A stretch of 64,000 nucleotides of DNA from the human T2T-CHM13v2.0 reference genome, Homo sapiens. Positions 39,064 through 53,355 of the stretch are shown in pieces. The notes beneath the pieces were generated by a model, which made no database searches, was not told where the DNA came from, and saw only the letters and a list, made by a program, of their open reading frames with translations. Within the stretch, counting starts at the first letter, position 1. The number at the start of each line of letters is the position of its first letter. The stretch is taken from assembly GCF_009914755.1 (NCBI RefSeq), contig NC_060942.1; one strand, written 5' to 3'. The position numbers and the translations under genes are program-made.

Positions 39064-40299
39064 ACCACACACACTCAGGACATGCTGAGATAACCACCCA
39101 ACACAGACTGAGGAAAGTCACCCAGGAGACTGCCTGGGTCTGAACGCATCCCTGCACTCCCTGGCCCTGTCTTTTTGACATCTGATGTGTTTTTGATACT
39201 TGCACCCTCATCTCAGCTCTTCCCTACCTGCAGTCTGCTCTATGTCACTGCTCAAATGCCTCTATTCCAAGAGGGCTCAGGGACACCCCCGAGGAGAGAG
39301 GAAGCATTGGTTTCCAACATCTACACCTCCAGCAAAGAAGTAGTGTGAGCTGGGGTGAACGCAACTGCAGAATCTTTTGTTGAATGAAACACCTTTCACG
39401 TGAAGAAAAAGCAGCAAGACGAAATGACACTTTGCTAATGATGTATTTTATGGACTGCCATCTGTCTCTGGAAAGGTCAGAGAAAAGTGGCAACTCAGTT
39501 GCAGGTGATTGGGCAGGGACCGTGGTTGGGGGGACAAATGTCTCTCATCGGAACATGACAGGGAGCCTTGGTGACATCATATAAATGCCCTAATTGGGAA
39601 GTGGTCAATCGAGCGGGCCTGACTCCTGAATTTGATGTGTCAATAAACAAGCTCAAGGTGAGATGCTGGATCAATACCAGAGGACAAGAACCATCTGGCA
39701 AATTTACTGCAAAGTAATTGGGTGCAAAACGACTCAACTCAACCTTCACGCTGCTGAAAAGCAAACAAACGGTGGGCCCACCAGCAACTGTTTGTATGCG
39801 TCAGTGGCTGCTTACGAGGGCTCACTGTCTGCTAATGGGCCTGGGGAATGGGAGCCCCCCAGAAGGGAGGGAAAACCATGAACCCTGGAAGATGACGCTG
39901 GCTGCAGCAGAAGCCTTCTCACAGTTGGGGAGTATAATCTAGATGCTTCTATCAGGGATAATCTTAAATATAGTAATTATAATTATATATATCCATTTTT
40001 TATTCTCATTAGGTTGCAAAATACATGAGACACAAAAGAAATATTTATGTCTATATATCTATGTCTACAATTATATCTACTAATGGTTGAGATCAGTGGC
40101 AGCTTGTTCTCTCCACCCATGGGTGTAGGGAAATGGGAATAAAGATTCTTCATTGCTTTAACTTCAGGGTATGTGGGCTTGGAGGTGGGTAGTGGAATGA
40201 AGAGAGCATGTTCTGCCCTGACCCAGTGGTGGGCACGGCATCCCCCGCAGAGCCTCCCACTTACTCTCTAGGCCTGCTGGTCTCTGAGCAGGTTGGGGA

Positions 40300-40505
40300 G
40301 GGTGTGTTGGAACTGCCTCTGCCAGCTTACAAGAGCTGATGGTTAACTATACAATGAACTATGCGACAAACAGTGGTGTTTGTTTACAACAAACAAACAT
40401 TTAAACATTAGTAGCTTGAAACTGGCCATGGTGGGAGTATTCACACCATGGGAACCAGCAAACGCTCTCTATCAGGCCCCTGGAGAGTCATTTACTAACA
40501 TGCTG
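40300..40505. mobile_element. MER63-like hAT element
   Basis: TAGCTTGAAACTGGCCATGGTGGGAGTATTCACACCATGGGAACCAGCAAACGCT. Confidence 0.6.
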
Positions 40506-41244
40506 CTAAGAGCAGGGGTGGGTCCGGGGATTTGGGGTCCAGCCAAGGAAGGGTGAGTGTCTGGCAGGTTGCACCCTTGGAAGTTGTGCTGCTGGAGAAT
40601 CACACTTGGGTCTGTGAGCTGTTGGGTGAGGTCGAGAGGCAGCTGAGGACAACAGGAGAGCCAATGACTAAGGAAGAGATGCCGTGCACATGTGAAGCCG
40701 TGTTTCTCAAGGGGGGCCCAGTTTAGGGGCTGCCTGGGATAGTAAAAAGCACCAGGAGGCCAGCCTTCTAGCCCCAGCTTTGCACTTCACTGGATACAAG
40801 CTCCAGTATCAATAATCAGCTGGCAAGTCCCAGAGAGCCCTACAGGTTGTGACATTAAAGTAAGTTTATATTGGCTGCCCAAACCCCTGGGGTGCCCTCT
40901 CCATGGCTCTGGTTCCTCTCCTGCCTGTGACTTCTTCATCCACCATCTCTTCCCAATCCAGCAACCAAAGGGTTAACACCTGTCACACATGGGGGCATCA
41001 GGGACCCTTCTCCTGCTTTGGTCCTTTGTGTCAATGCCCCCAGCTTGTCTACATTACAATGCAGGAGGACCATAGAGCTCTACTGGGTGCCTGGGGGTAA
41101 AAATGCAAGCTGGCCCATTACCACTAGCAAACCACTAGGATGGGTAGGGGCAGCTGGCGGAGGCTAGCAGGAGGCTAGCAGAGTCTCCTGGATGTGAGGA
41201 GATGGGAGGCTCCCTGGAGAGAGGCAGGTGGGTGAGCACCAGCC

Positions 41245-41440
41245 GCTGACAGCCTGGGCTCAGACCTTGGCTCCGCCACTAACTGAAGTTGTGTGGCCTG
41301 AAGCAAGTCACTGAACACTCTCTACACCTCCGTTGCCCCGTCTGTGAACTGAGGTGACTAGAAGAATCCACATTATTGGTTTGTGAGCTCTGGATGAGCT
41401 AATTCATAGAAGGTGCTTAGAACCGTGTCTGGGAAGGTGG
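41245..41440 (+). mobile_element. MIR
   Basis: GGCTCCGCCACTAACT...TGTGTGGCCTGAAGCAAGTCACTGAACACTCTCT...CCGTCTGTGAA. Confidence 0.7.
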
Positions 41441-43169
41441 CAAGCTCTCTGACTTCATCCAATACTTCCATCATTTCATGCCTCACAGCAACTGTGCATG
41501 AAGAGGGTTTTTTTTTTTTTTTTTTTGGTTTGTTTGTTTTTTTAATCACCAGTGTTTCCATTTTTATGACACGGAGACTGAGCTTGAGATGTCTAATGAC
41601 CTGCTTGTGGTCTTGTGGCCTGTTGATGTTGGAGCCATCTGGAACCCAGGCTGTTCTCTGTGCGTCCAGCATATTCTCCACCCGCCTGCTGAACTGCAGG
41701 TGCCCAGGTGCGTGGGGAGGGTCGGGCTTAGGAGAAAGTTGCCAGCCCAGAGGATGAGGGCAGTGGGAGTGGAGAACCTGGCCAGAGGCCAGTGGTGCAG
41801 TGAGAGGGCTGAGGGGAATTCATGGGTCCACATGGCCTGGGGAGATAGGGAGAAGGTGAGGCAGGGAGGGTAAGTGGGAAGGTAGGCAAAACTAACTTCA
41901 TTTTTCCAAATTTAGCTTACCTCGTGAGCTCTGTATCCATAGGGAGGAAAGTAATTCTGCCAACTCAAAGTCATCTCTGCCCATTTTAAATGCAGTCTCT
42001 TTGGGGGAAATACTAGTAAATCCAGGATTCTCCCTCTTCTCCTTCTCTTTCCCTTTTTTTCTGAGAGCCATTTTAGTCTAGAGGAAGGGGCAGCAGTGTG
42101 CTTGTGTATCTCTGTGTGTGTGGCTTGTCCAGCACACGCAGGTGTGTGTACACCCCTCTCCCAACACACACTGAGTGCTGTGAGGCACCCTCAGGCCCGT
42201 CAGCCCAGATACCCCCTCCAACCTTTGCTACCTGGACAAACAGGTGCCAGGTGAGGTGCAGACCAGGCTTAGGGGCTCCTGCTCCACACTCCAGGAAGCC
42301 AGGACACTCCGCCTTCTCTGGTCTCTCTTGTCTGGTCTGCCCTGATATTCGGGGCCTGTTGGGTGCTGAACCCCGTCTCAGTGACTTTGGCAGTGATTGC
42401 TAAGCCAGAGTCATGCTCTCTTCCTCCTCCTGCCGGCTGCTCAATATTTTTCCTTTGAGTGAGAACTGTCTGTCAGCATCGTTCTTCCCTGCACTGAGGG
42501 TCCAGTGTAGCCTCTGGGCACAGAGCCCTCCAGCCCCGTGGATAGTGAGAAGCCAAAGTCAGGCTTTTGGCCTAAAAAGCCTTGTGTCTTAGTCAAGCTT
42601 CTAATTCCTTAACATGAAATACTTTCAGGACTAGTATTTCTTCAGTGAGTTAAAACATCCATTTGGCCACTCCACTGACCTTGTTCTAAGCTGGTCCTAT
42701 TAGCCTGATTCACGGGGCTAGAGACATCGGAGGAAGACAGACACATGGGGGAAAGCAAAAGCCAGTTTTTATCTGAAAATACTGTCCTCCTGCTTACATC
42801 AGTGCTTAGCCTATGGCCTGGCATCTACTTGGTAAGAGCTGAGTAATTGTTACCTATTGTCATGATCACCATTATTTTATATTGCTGATCTTGCAACGTA
42901 TAAGAGCAAGGGAGGGACACTGAGAGACAACACAGCTATGCTGTCGGTAGAGTGGGAAGCTTAGGGAGCCAGGGTGCAAGTAGAGTAGTTTGAAAGCGGG
43001 GAGAAGTCTTCCTGAGAGAAGTGATGAGGAAATGGAAATTGCAGCTTCCCTGGCCTCGCCTCTCAGCACTTCTTCACTTTGGCCTCACTCAACTCCTTCT
43101 AATCCCAGATTCATCATCCCCTTTCATTGGATCCCTGCTGTTCCCCACTTTCTCCATGCTGAGAATCCT

Positions 43170-43345
43170 TACCAGGCTTCAGTCTCCAGCTGGATTGCAA
43201 CCTCATGAGAGACCCTGAGCCAGGACCACCCAGCTCAGTAGCCCCCAGGTTCCTGATCCACAGAAGCCGTGAGATAATAAATGTTTGTTGCTGTCAACCA
43301 CGAAGTTGTGGGTTAATTTGTTACACAGCAGTAGGTAGCTGATAT
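43170..43345 (+). mobile_element. MLT1 (MLT1D/F-like) LTR 3' part
   Basis: TGCAACCTCATGAGAGACCCTGAGCCAG...CCACAGAAGCCGTGAGATAATAAATGTTTGTTG...AATTTGTTACACAGCAGTAG. Confidence 0.8.
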
Positions 43346-44539
43346 GCTTTTACATTCTTCCCTGACTAGGATGCTTCTCACTCTAGTGCATCCTAGTGCA
43401 ATTTCTTGAGCCTAACAAATAATTCAACAAATGAGAGGGAGAGTTTTGCAGTGAGAAATGCCTGAGAGGAGAAGCCAGGAGGTTCAGGTCCCTGACCCAG
43501 TTCTGTCATCCCTGTGCTGGGTGCCTGAGATCAAGACCCTTTCCCTCTCTAAACCTCAGTCCCTCCACTTTTGGATAAGTGGTTGGACTAGACAATCTCT
43601 AACATGACTTCCAGCTTTAACAAAACTTCCAGGTGAAGTTTTGTGAAATGCTTTCTGGTGGACTCTCATTTTGCAGATGAGAGGGGTCTAAATTTCCTGA
43701 CAGGACATGCCTAGCAGAGACCTCCTGCCTCCCTCTTCTTCAGGATCCCTGGGAGGCCTGAGGGGCCCAGCCTGATCAGCATATTTGGCCTGGAGCAGGG
43801 CAAGAGACCCAGTCAGAAGAGAGGCCAGGCCCTTCCAGATGACCTCTGGCCTGACCTCCAGACCTCCAAGCCTCACCTGATCCTTCAAACCCCCTGCTCA
43901 CTGGGTAGAAATATTCTGTGTGCTCCCTGGCTCAGTCCTGGGATCATCAATTGCACTGGTTATTTTCTTTTTTGACTTAAGAGGATTATCCAGACTAGAT
44001 GCTTTACTTTGTCAGTATTATGCTGTGACACTTCCCTTCACTGGCCCCCCCTTGGCCTGAGGACTGCCAGGCTTTCTCCCAAGTCAAACAGTGGCACAGC
44101 TGGACTGTTCTGATGCCCCAAATTTTTGATGTCAGTGTTTCAAATCTTTGCAAGCAGGTAGGCGCCAACAGAGGGAAAGGCACAGTGGGTTGGAGTTCCT
44201 GCCCCCGTCCACTTGCTCCTCCATCCCTGTTAAAGGAGACTCCTTCACCAGCGTAGCTGGAGTGCTTTGGGCTGCACAACACAGAAACGCAATGACTTAA
44301 GTCTTGAAAATATACAAGTTTTTTTTTTCTTAAAATAAAAAATACATTGGCAACTAGAATTAACAGCTTGGGCCAGAGTGCTGACTATTCAAGACAGGAA
44401 GAAAGAGGCGTCCCCAGTAGGCATCTGCTGATGTCTCAGTGTCTAGACCAGGTCTTGTGATTGCTAGTTGCAAAGGAGGCAAGAAAGCTTGATGCTGTGG
44501 GTGGGTACCTGAGAAGGGGAAGGGGAAGGGGGTGGAGGT

Positions 44540-44980
44540 TAGGCAGGAATAGTTTGTTGCAAGTGATAAAACCAAAAGAGAAATCACTTGGCTCCTATAA
44601 CTAAATGTCAGGAAAGCCAGGGTGTGGCTGGGCCTCACGTGCTGCCAGGGCTGGTTCTCACACACTCCAGAGCTCAGCTTTGCATTTCTCTGTAAGTTGG
44701 CTTGTGCCTCTCAGGTAGGCTTCCTCTTCTATCTAGTGGAAACATAGTCTGCCATGGCTTCCAGAGAGAGGTCTTTGTCTCTAATTCCAAGCTGAAAATC
44801 TCAGGGAGGGTATCTGGCCTGACCTGGGTTCTGTGGCTACCCATGGGCCATTCAACCCTGGCCAGAGGAGGGTGTCTGTGGTCAAGTGGTGGTGGGGTCA
44901 TGATGCCCCCACTGGATGTACAGGTTAGAGGTGGGGCATAGGAGGAGCATTCATAACAAGAGGGAGGAGGGATTAGCAGA
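44540..44980 (-). mobile_element. MLT1 (J/K-like) LTR
   Basis: TTGTTGCAAGTGATAAAACCAA...CTCTCAGGTAGGCT...TCTGGCCTGACCTGGGTTCTGTG. Confidence 0.55.
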
Positions 44981-45933
44981 CCAAGCAGTGCTTGTCCTGA
45001 TACCAGAGCCACAAGAGACCACAGAGAGCATGGACTCCAGAGAGGTGAGGGAACTTGGCCTACATCACACAGCAAGTTAGTGGAGGACCTGGGCCTACAA
45101 CCCTGGCTTCACACTCCTTCTTTACTCTGTTGACATTTGGAGCTGAATAGTTCTTGGCTGGGGGGGGACTATCCTGCACATTATAGGATGTTCACCCCGA
45201 GCACTGCTTCTGACCAGCAATGTTTCCTGGCTGCAGAGAGCTACTTAATCTCATGGGGCCTAGTGTTTTCAATGGCACTAACAATAACTACCTGCCTACC
45301 TTAGAAAGGGAGTTAAAAAAATAGAAGGTTTACAAATACTAGTTATGAAAATCATTTGCAAAGATAAAGGCAGGATAGAAATGCGGGCCTTTTTTAAACA
45401 AAAAACCAGGAATCCCTGATTCCACTTTATGCCAGAGAAAATGGCAGAGAATGGGTGTGTAAGTGTGAGTGTGTGTGCGTGTGGATAATCACTTCTCCCT
45501 AAGGAATAAAAAACTCTTCCACCAAATTGATACACAGTAAGAAACTCTATACCTGGTAGGTGAAGACACCAGGGTGGGCGTGAAGGGTCTGTTCCAGCTT
45601 CCTCTCATTAATCCCTAGTGTAACCATTTGTGGCCTAAGAATCAACCTCCGAAAAGGAGGTGCAGCTTCCAGTGTGCTTGGAATGCAGCACACAGCCACC
45701 CACAGCTTCACCAGGACCCCGACGTACTGACTTCCACTCGCCTATGACTTCTTCAACCCCAAAGCGAGGTCATTTTGCCAAGAAAACCAACAATCCCATC
45801 AGCCAGCCAACAGGGGCCCTGGGCTGTGGAGGGTGATGCAAAACAATGGTTTTCAATAAGGGGCAATTAAGCCCCTGCAGGGGACATTTGGGACACCTGC
45901 CTTTGCAGGGGCCAGGCCAGGCTGGAGGCCTAA

Positions 45934-46233
<300 letters not shown>

Positions 46234-48599
46234 CTGTGGGCTGTTTTCATCCAGGTTGTAGGTAGATACAGACCCTGGGATAGCAGTGCCTGGGGGTCTC
46301 TCTGGGCAGAGATGTCGGGTCAAATGGACATGACCTCTTGCTTGGAGGACTGGGCCAGGCCCCTGGAGGAGCCAAGAGAGGAGGCCTTTCAGGAACTGAT
46401 TGGCCAGTGTGGGGAGAACATGAATTAACACCTGTAATCCCTCATGGGCTGGAGCCTGTGCCTGGGTGGTATTGTGAGATACTGGCATGGGGCCTGGTAC
46501 CCAAGGATCACTTCCTGGAAGACACAGTGTTGGGACCGGGCCTTTGAAAGCCTTATGATGACTGCACGTGGACCAGAGACTCCAGCCTTGGGGTCCCTTT
46601 TTTGACCCAGCTCCACAGCTCCCCTAGGAGGGGAGGCTGGCGGTCTGAGCAGCCTGGCCTTGCTCTGTCCTGACCAAGGTGGGAGAAAAGTCCTGGGAGT
46701 TTGCAAGAGGAACTTGCACTAAAAAGAAAAGAGCATAGGGGGACACAAGCCATCCTCGTCCCCCTGCATTAGAGGAGAGATGGGACGGATTTGCTGTAGT
46801 CAGGACAGTTTCAAGGGCTTGTGTGGGGCAGAAAGAACCTGAGCGGAGGCCACGTTTATGAGGAAAGATGGAAGCCTGGTAAAGAGCCCAGGGGTGAAGC
46901 AGCATCACAGGAACCTCCCTGTCTCTTCCCTTTCCTCTCTGCAGGCTAGCTTACTGCCCCGGGCCCCACACAGACAGGAGGGGGTTGGGGTCGTGCCCAG
47001 GTACGAAGTTGGTGGGAGCTCTGTCACTGACAGTGCTTTCCTTCTCATAGGTGCTCCCATTAAGATAACACTGTTCATGTCAAATCTCTTGCTTCAATCT
47101 GAAGGTTCTGGGTTTCTGTTTGGTGTCTTTGGTCTTCATCAATATTGTCACATATTTACCCCATATTCTGCTGAAGGGAATTCAACAAGAACTAGGCATG
47201 TGCCCAGCCTGGAGGAGTGGGCTGTAGGAAAGAGAAACTATGGTATCTACTTTCATTAAGGTACAAGGCTGATACATGAGAAACAATATTAAAAACTGTT
47301 ATCAGGAGTTGAGTAAAACATATTAAGTGAATTATCAATGAAGGAGAACTTGTGTGCTTTATTTGAAATTAAGTCAGTGTTGTGGTCTTATCTATCCTGG
47401 AGGGCTTCCTGGAGGAGGTGAAGTGGGAAGGCTTTCATTTCAGTGGGAGGAAGTTTAAGCACAAGGCAGGGCAAATCCTGGCACGGGGCAGGTGTGACTG
47501 CTGGACAGCCATCCTGGTGTAGCTGGTAAGATTTTGCACAAGCATGTCCCATGTGTCTGTACTGCCAGCCACACCTCTCTGGCCTCTGCAGGAGGTGGCT
47601 GATAGACTGATTTGCCATGGAAGCTTTCCCTGGGGCCATTACCTGCAACCACATTTCTTTAGGAACAACCTCCCCAGCAATTTCATTTCTGCTCAAGGTT
47701 GTGCTTTCACACTAGGCTGAGTTTCCATCCACCTGCAAGTGTTCTTCCCCTTTCCCATTTCACGCTCCTGTCCCTAAATAATGTTTGCTTTTTCTATTAA
47801 TAGGACTGTCTTGATTGTGGCTGGTCCAGCTGACCTTTCTCCAGTTTCCTATTCCAGAATGGTGCTGCCTGACTCTCTTAGCACCGTCTACTCTTCAGTC
47901 ATTTATTCCACATGTGGTTATATAGCTCTTGCTGTTTAGAGACTACAAAAAAAAAAAAAAAAAAAGAAAAGAAAAAAAGGTGTAAAATACAGTCCCAGGC
48001 CTCTGGTAGCTGAGAGTCTAGCTGGGAAGTCAAGACAGATGCTCACATGGGAATGATCTAAGCAGGCAACGGAGTGCCTTTTGGATGCCCAGGTGCACTG
48101 CCCATATGTGTGTCTGTTCCCTGCTCAGAGAAGGGAGAGAGCCCAGGGCTGGGTAAACCTTGGAAATCTTCATGGAGGAGGAGGTAGGAGCTCAGTGAGT
48201 TGTAATATTTTCCCAGGAAGTAGATCCTGCAGGCTTGAACTCTCTTGCTTCCAATTCATAATTTCTTAGTTCATCAAGAAGAGACAAGGGCACAGGAAGA
48301 CAGTGTTAGCGGGTTTGCCACCCACTTATTCCCCCAGCCTCATGCCCACCCTCTTTTCCAGAGGCAGGTGGGTCTCCACCGTCTTTACTGCCCACCCTGG
48401 GACTGTATTTTACACCTTTTTTTTTTGTAGCTCAATTTGGGTGGCACATTTCCTCCTGGCTCCATTTCTACACCAGATTCAGATTTGCCTCTGTATCTTT
48501 GCTTATCTGGTTCTTCCAGGTGGGATATCTTTCCGTTCTCTAATAACTGTAGTAGATTTTTAAAAATTTGCCTTCTTCCCACACACCCCTGCGCCCTCC

Positions 48600-48976
48600 A
48601 TACACACTTCCTTGCCTGAATGATGTTAGGCTTGTCTATGTGACTTGCTTTGACTTCACGGTGGACAAAGTGTGTACCTCACCTCCCTTCCTTCCTTTAT
48701 TAAATGCGTGGCCATCTGATTTGCTTTGGCCAATGGGACGTTAGCAGATAAGACGTTAACATGCCCCTTGTGTTTTGCTGTGGTCATAAGAACTTGTTTC
48801 AACTGGCCAGCTGGTGCAAGGAGGATGAGAAACCAATGTGGGCACCTGGACCCGACCTGCAGCTTTGAGCCAAGGGTCCAGCCTGGATCAATGAGAGTAG
48901 GTGATTGCTGTTTTAAGCCTCTGAGTTTTGTGATGGTTTGTTATGCAGCATTAATGTGGTAATAGATGACTGGTAC
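48600..48976 (+). mobile_element. MLT1 (G/H-like) LTR
   Basis: ATGTGACTTGCTTTG...TTGCTGTTTTAAGCCTCTGAGTTTTGTGATGGTTTGTTATGCAGCATT...ATAGATGACTGGTACA. Confidence 0.75.
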
Positions 48977-51900
48977 AACCACTGGTGCAGAAATTCTCCT
49001 TTTCTCATTACTTAGGGGCCAAAGTTGCTTCCTTCAGGAGGTCCTCCCAGATTGGTCATGCCTAAATCTCTCTTTCTTAATCTGCTCCATGCCTCTCTAA
49101 CTCTCATTGACTCTGCCTTTTTTTATGAGTGTACTCTCTTGTCATCTCTCATGTGAGCTTCTTGCCTTGTAACTGTGCTGTGAGCTTGAGAGGGCTGGAC
49201 ATGTCTCTTTCCTGTCACTGTGTCACCATAGAAGCCAGATATATAGAAAGCTCTCAGAGCTACACAATGCCTAAAGAAAAGAAAAGAAAAGAAAAGCATA
49301 CACTACCTCTGACATCCCCGGGATTCTTCCCTGGAGACTGGCTTGGGTTCCAGTATCACTAAAGCATTTAGTAATTAGCCTGTGTTTCCAGAATGTCCAG
49401 AGGCAATTAGGTGCAGGCTGGATTCCACAGGTGTGGCATCCAGGGGACAGTCAGGGATGCCCTGGTGCACTTGGCCTGCCGACCTCACTGGCCACCTGAG
49501 TTTCAACAAAGCTGTTTCCACTGCTGGACTAATTCCCAGGAAATGTCATGTACTTGGAGTTCCTGGGCTCCATGCCCATCTCTATAGAGAACTAACCATA
49601 TCCTGGGCAGTAAAGCTGCGGGTGTTCTCTGAGGAGGCTGGTTTCTCAAAATACTCATCCAACTGCTCCTCCTCTGGACACTCCCCTCCCTGGCCCATGC
49701 TGTTCCTTTTGCTGGGTTATTCCCCACTCCCTCATGCACACACATCCATGCCTGCCTGAGGTCTCCTCAGCCCACCAGGCCACTTCCTCTGAGAAACCTT
49801 CTTCTCAATTCCAGGCAGAATTCATTTCTTCATTCCCAGGTACTCCCATAACCCTTGACTTATTCACCTTTGTGGGCACTGGAAACGACGTCATATGCTA
49901 GATATTTGCATAAACCCTTTTAGGCCCTCTAGACTGCGACTTGTACCAGGGCAGAGGTGATGGTTGATTCATCCCTGAGCGCCCTCCATCCTTAGTGTAC
50001 GTCCTTGGTACAAGGGGCAAAGAGCAATGGTGAAATCTTAAGTGAGAAGATGAGATGCAATGAGAAATGAGATAGGCTCCATAGAGACTTTGAAGACTTG
50101 AGGATGGTGGAAATCACAAAGATCTCTGGCATGCTCAAGGGATGTCACTTTGTAGATGGTGGAAAGGGCTAAAAATATAGCTTCCCAGAGAGCTGAGATG
50201 AATTCCTGGATGGGAATTATTGAAAGATGCTGACTGTCAAGGGGATAACCCCTCCTGCCTTCAGAGCCTGGGCCAAGACTGGCCTTTCTGAGGATGCCTG
50301 TGGCAGAGTTCTGGATTGCCAAGTGGTGTGGAGGTTGGAGAAGGAGGGCTGCCACGGGGGCCAGCCGTGTTCAGGTAAAGGCCGGTCACTGGGGCTGATT
50401 TGGAATCCTAGAATGTAAGGTAACTGGGAGGAGCCTAAGGACCATTAGGGAAGAGTCTCATTTACAGATGAGGAAACTGGAGCCCAGGAGTGCAATGTGT
50501 CGCTTCAGCTCACCCAGCTGAAATAGTGCTAGAACCAGGGCTAGAATGCAGGTCTGCAGAACTGTGTGAAAACATTTCTGAAATGGTGACAGGACTGAAT
50601 AGGACTCATGGGACATGGGCAAGTGGTTGGGAAAAAGGATGAGGTCAACCTATGTCAGATGCCCACTCCCTGGTCAGCCTCCTCCACAGAGCACAGCTGC
50701 TTGTGCACCTCCAGTGCCTTCTGCCACAGTTGAGGCTGGCCCTGGGTGCTTGAGAAGTACACACTAAGGCTGGACATTTTCATATCTCTTTCTTCTGCCT
50801 TTCTCTTTTGCTCTCCCTCCTGAGCACCATCCCCACCCCCCGCCTTCTGCCTCCAACATATTGAATCACCAGGGTGTGAAATATAATAAAGCATTGTACC
50901 ATTCAATCTGTCGGCTATTCCTTAAAGGTGTACTCCAGGTAAATATCCCCTTGGCCTGTGAAAAATGAGCTTACCTGCAACAAATGACTTTGATGAACCT
51001 CAGGAACTGGCCCTCTATCATTCTTTTCCAATTGGCTTCCCCAGACAAGCATGATTTCCCTGCACAAATGTGTCTTGCTGAAGGAAGAGTTTCTCTAATT
51101 CACTTTCCTTCCAATGCCCAGCTTCTTTGCTTGGGCATCCCTTTATCCAGCCACCACTCTCAGAGATGTCTTTCTTCTAGAAGCTGGGAACTCATGCAGT
51201 CATCAAATGCTTCACCAGGTTGATCAAAATCAGAACCCAAATTAATCAGTCCATCCATGAACACTCATTGGGTGTGGCAGCGTGGAAATGGACTGAACCT
51301 GGATTTGTGAAATGGGTGTCCCCTTATCTCCACCACTTCCCAGCTCTGTATCTCACTTGCCTCACCTGTGAAGCAGGACAGATAATAACACCTGGTCTTC
51401 TTCCTTCACAGGAGCGTCTGAGTAGCAAACACATTTCTCCACGTGAAAATGCTCCAAAAAGTATACATCACTATATAAACACAACGTTTACTATTATTAT
51501 TGTCATCTAAATTCTTTAGGGGGTGAAAGAAAAGTTTGGTCATTATTTCATTAAAACGTTATTCAACAAATATATTCTGAGTGCCTACTATGTGCCAGCC
51601 ATTGGGCAAAACAGTTGGGGTATTTGAGGGAGTAAAAGGGACAAAATTCCTGCTCCCACGGAATTTGATTATATTTCCTTATGATCTAGTTGAGATGACA
51701 AAACCCACATGCGTAAGAGCCAACTGTAGAACAAAAAGGCATATTGTATGTTGGTGAACTAAATAATGCATTTTAACTTACAACTTCCAATTACCTGAGT
51801 ACCTAGTATGCTATCATGTGTAATTTTATTTAATTCTCAAACAACTCTGCAGGCTAAGCATTTTTATAGTGAAACCTGAGGCTTGGGGAGGAAATACTTT

Positions 51901-53124
51901 TTCTGAAGTCCCAGAGGAGAACTGGGAGGGAGGCTTGGGGTTGTTGGATTCCTTGGGGCTTCTTTTTGTCCACCCTAGTTCTCCCAGCCTTGGGTCTGCA
52001 CTGTGAACTTGCTCTTCAGTTTCAGGAATTGACAGTGCTCAGAGTGCTATGGTGATAGGAAGCAACTTCAAAGAAGAAGTTGCCTCCTACTTGGCTTTGA
52101 AGGATAGGAAGAATTTGCATCAGCATGGTGGGCGGATGGGAGAGTTTCTGATAGTGCTGGCAGTGGGGGTGTGTGAACCACTCAAGTGGGAGGCAACTTG
52201 AGGGAGGACGGAGGAGACACTGCTGGCTGGATGGGAGGCAGAGATGGAGAGCGAGGTTAGACAGAACCAGACGATGCAGGGGCTCAAAATTAAGACTGAG
52301 GAACATTCCTGTCCAGAGACACAAAGTGGAGAGAATTTTCCTGTGAAAACAAGAGGTATACCTTCTCGCTGCTTAAGGATTTCACAGCTCTCTACCCAGA
52401 AAGCTTGGCTATGCTGCCATAACTGAGTGAGGTCGGGTGATTAATAGCCTTCCTGTGGGCCTTAGTTTCCCTCATCTGTAAGAGGAAGGTGTTAGAAGAG
52501 AGAAATGCTGAGGCTTCTTCTAACTCTGAGATGTCTTGATTTTGTGATTCCATAATGAACTCAAAAACATGTACGTATGCCATCACAGCCACGTACCTGT
52601 GAGGGCTTTTTTCCTTCTCTGCCGCTGTAATTTTAGATAAGTGCCAAATGCCTCTTTATTCTCAAATATAAAAACATCGAGAAGATTAAGCCACAGCCTG
52701 TCTCATAATAATCTGGGCATCCAATTCCAGCTTTCTGATGAAAACATCACTGTTATAAGAAAATTGAAAAGTTTAATATTTGCAAAAACAAACAAATAAT
52801 CCTCCCCCCACCCCCATCCTTGAATAAGGCTGAATGTTTTCGGTGACTTCATATTTCTCTTCCCAGTTTTTTGATACATGGAGCTTTATTTGTGGATTTT
52901 TTGGGATTTTGGAGACATGCTGTGATTACAGTCCTCATTTGGGTCTAACCTGTCCTTTGAGGATGGACCCTGGGTCAGAATCAGGTGACAGATCTGTGGC
53001 CTCCATAGGAGGTTGAATCTCCATGTGGGATATTACAAAAGAACTTGCACAGTTCAGGTTAGTCACAAAACTAATTTGAGCCACTTGATGGACTTACACA
53101 AAATGCTGATGATGGTGATACTGA

Positions 53125-53355
53125 TGAAACACATTTAGTGCTGCTTATGTGCCAGACACGGTGCTAAGCACTTTACTTGCCTTAATTCACCTAATCCTCC
53201 CAGCAATCCTCTGAAGTGAGTGCTACTGTTACTCTCATTTTGCAGAGGAGGAAACTGAGGACCGACCGGCAAGGTTAAGAAACTTGCCCAAGGCTACACA
53301 GGTAGTCAGCCCTATAATTGAATCTGAATCCCACAGTCTGGCTTCAGAGCACTGG
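53125..53355 (-). mobile_element. MIR
   Basis: GTGCCAGACACGGTGCTAAGCACTTTAC...ATTTTGCAGAGGAGGAAACTGAGG...AGGTTAAGAAACTTGCCCAAGG. Confidence 0.8.

Noticed and set aside
36660-39143. 827-aa, 676-aa and other long ORFs as a protein-coding gene (mucin- or histidine-rich-like)
   Set aside because: They derive entirely from the 42-bp tandem repeat, have non-ATG starts, are open in several frames and both strands, and are shifted by 41-bp units. No supporting exon structure is visible.
43365-43397. 10-bp perfect hairpin ACTAGGATGC...GCATCCTAGT
   Set aside because: Too short for a miRNA or other structured RNA. At most a tiny templated duplication.
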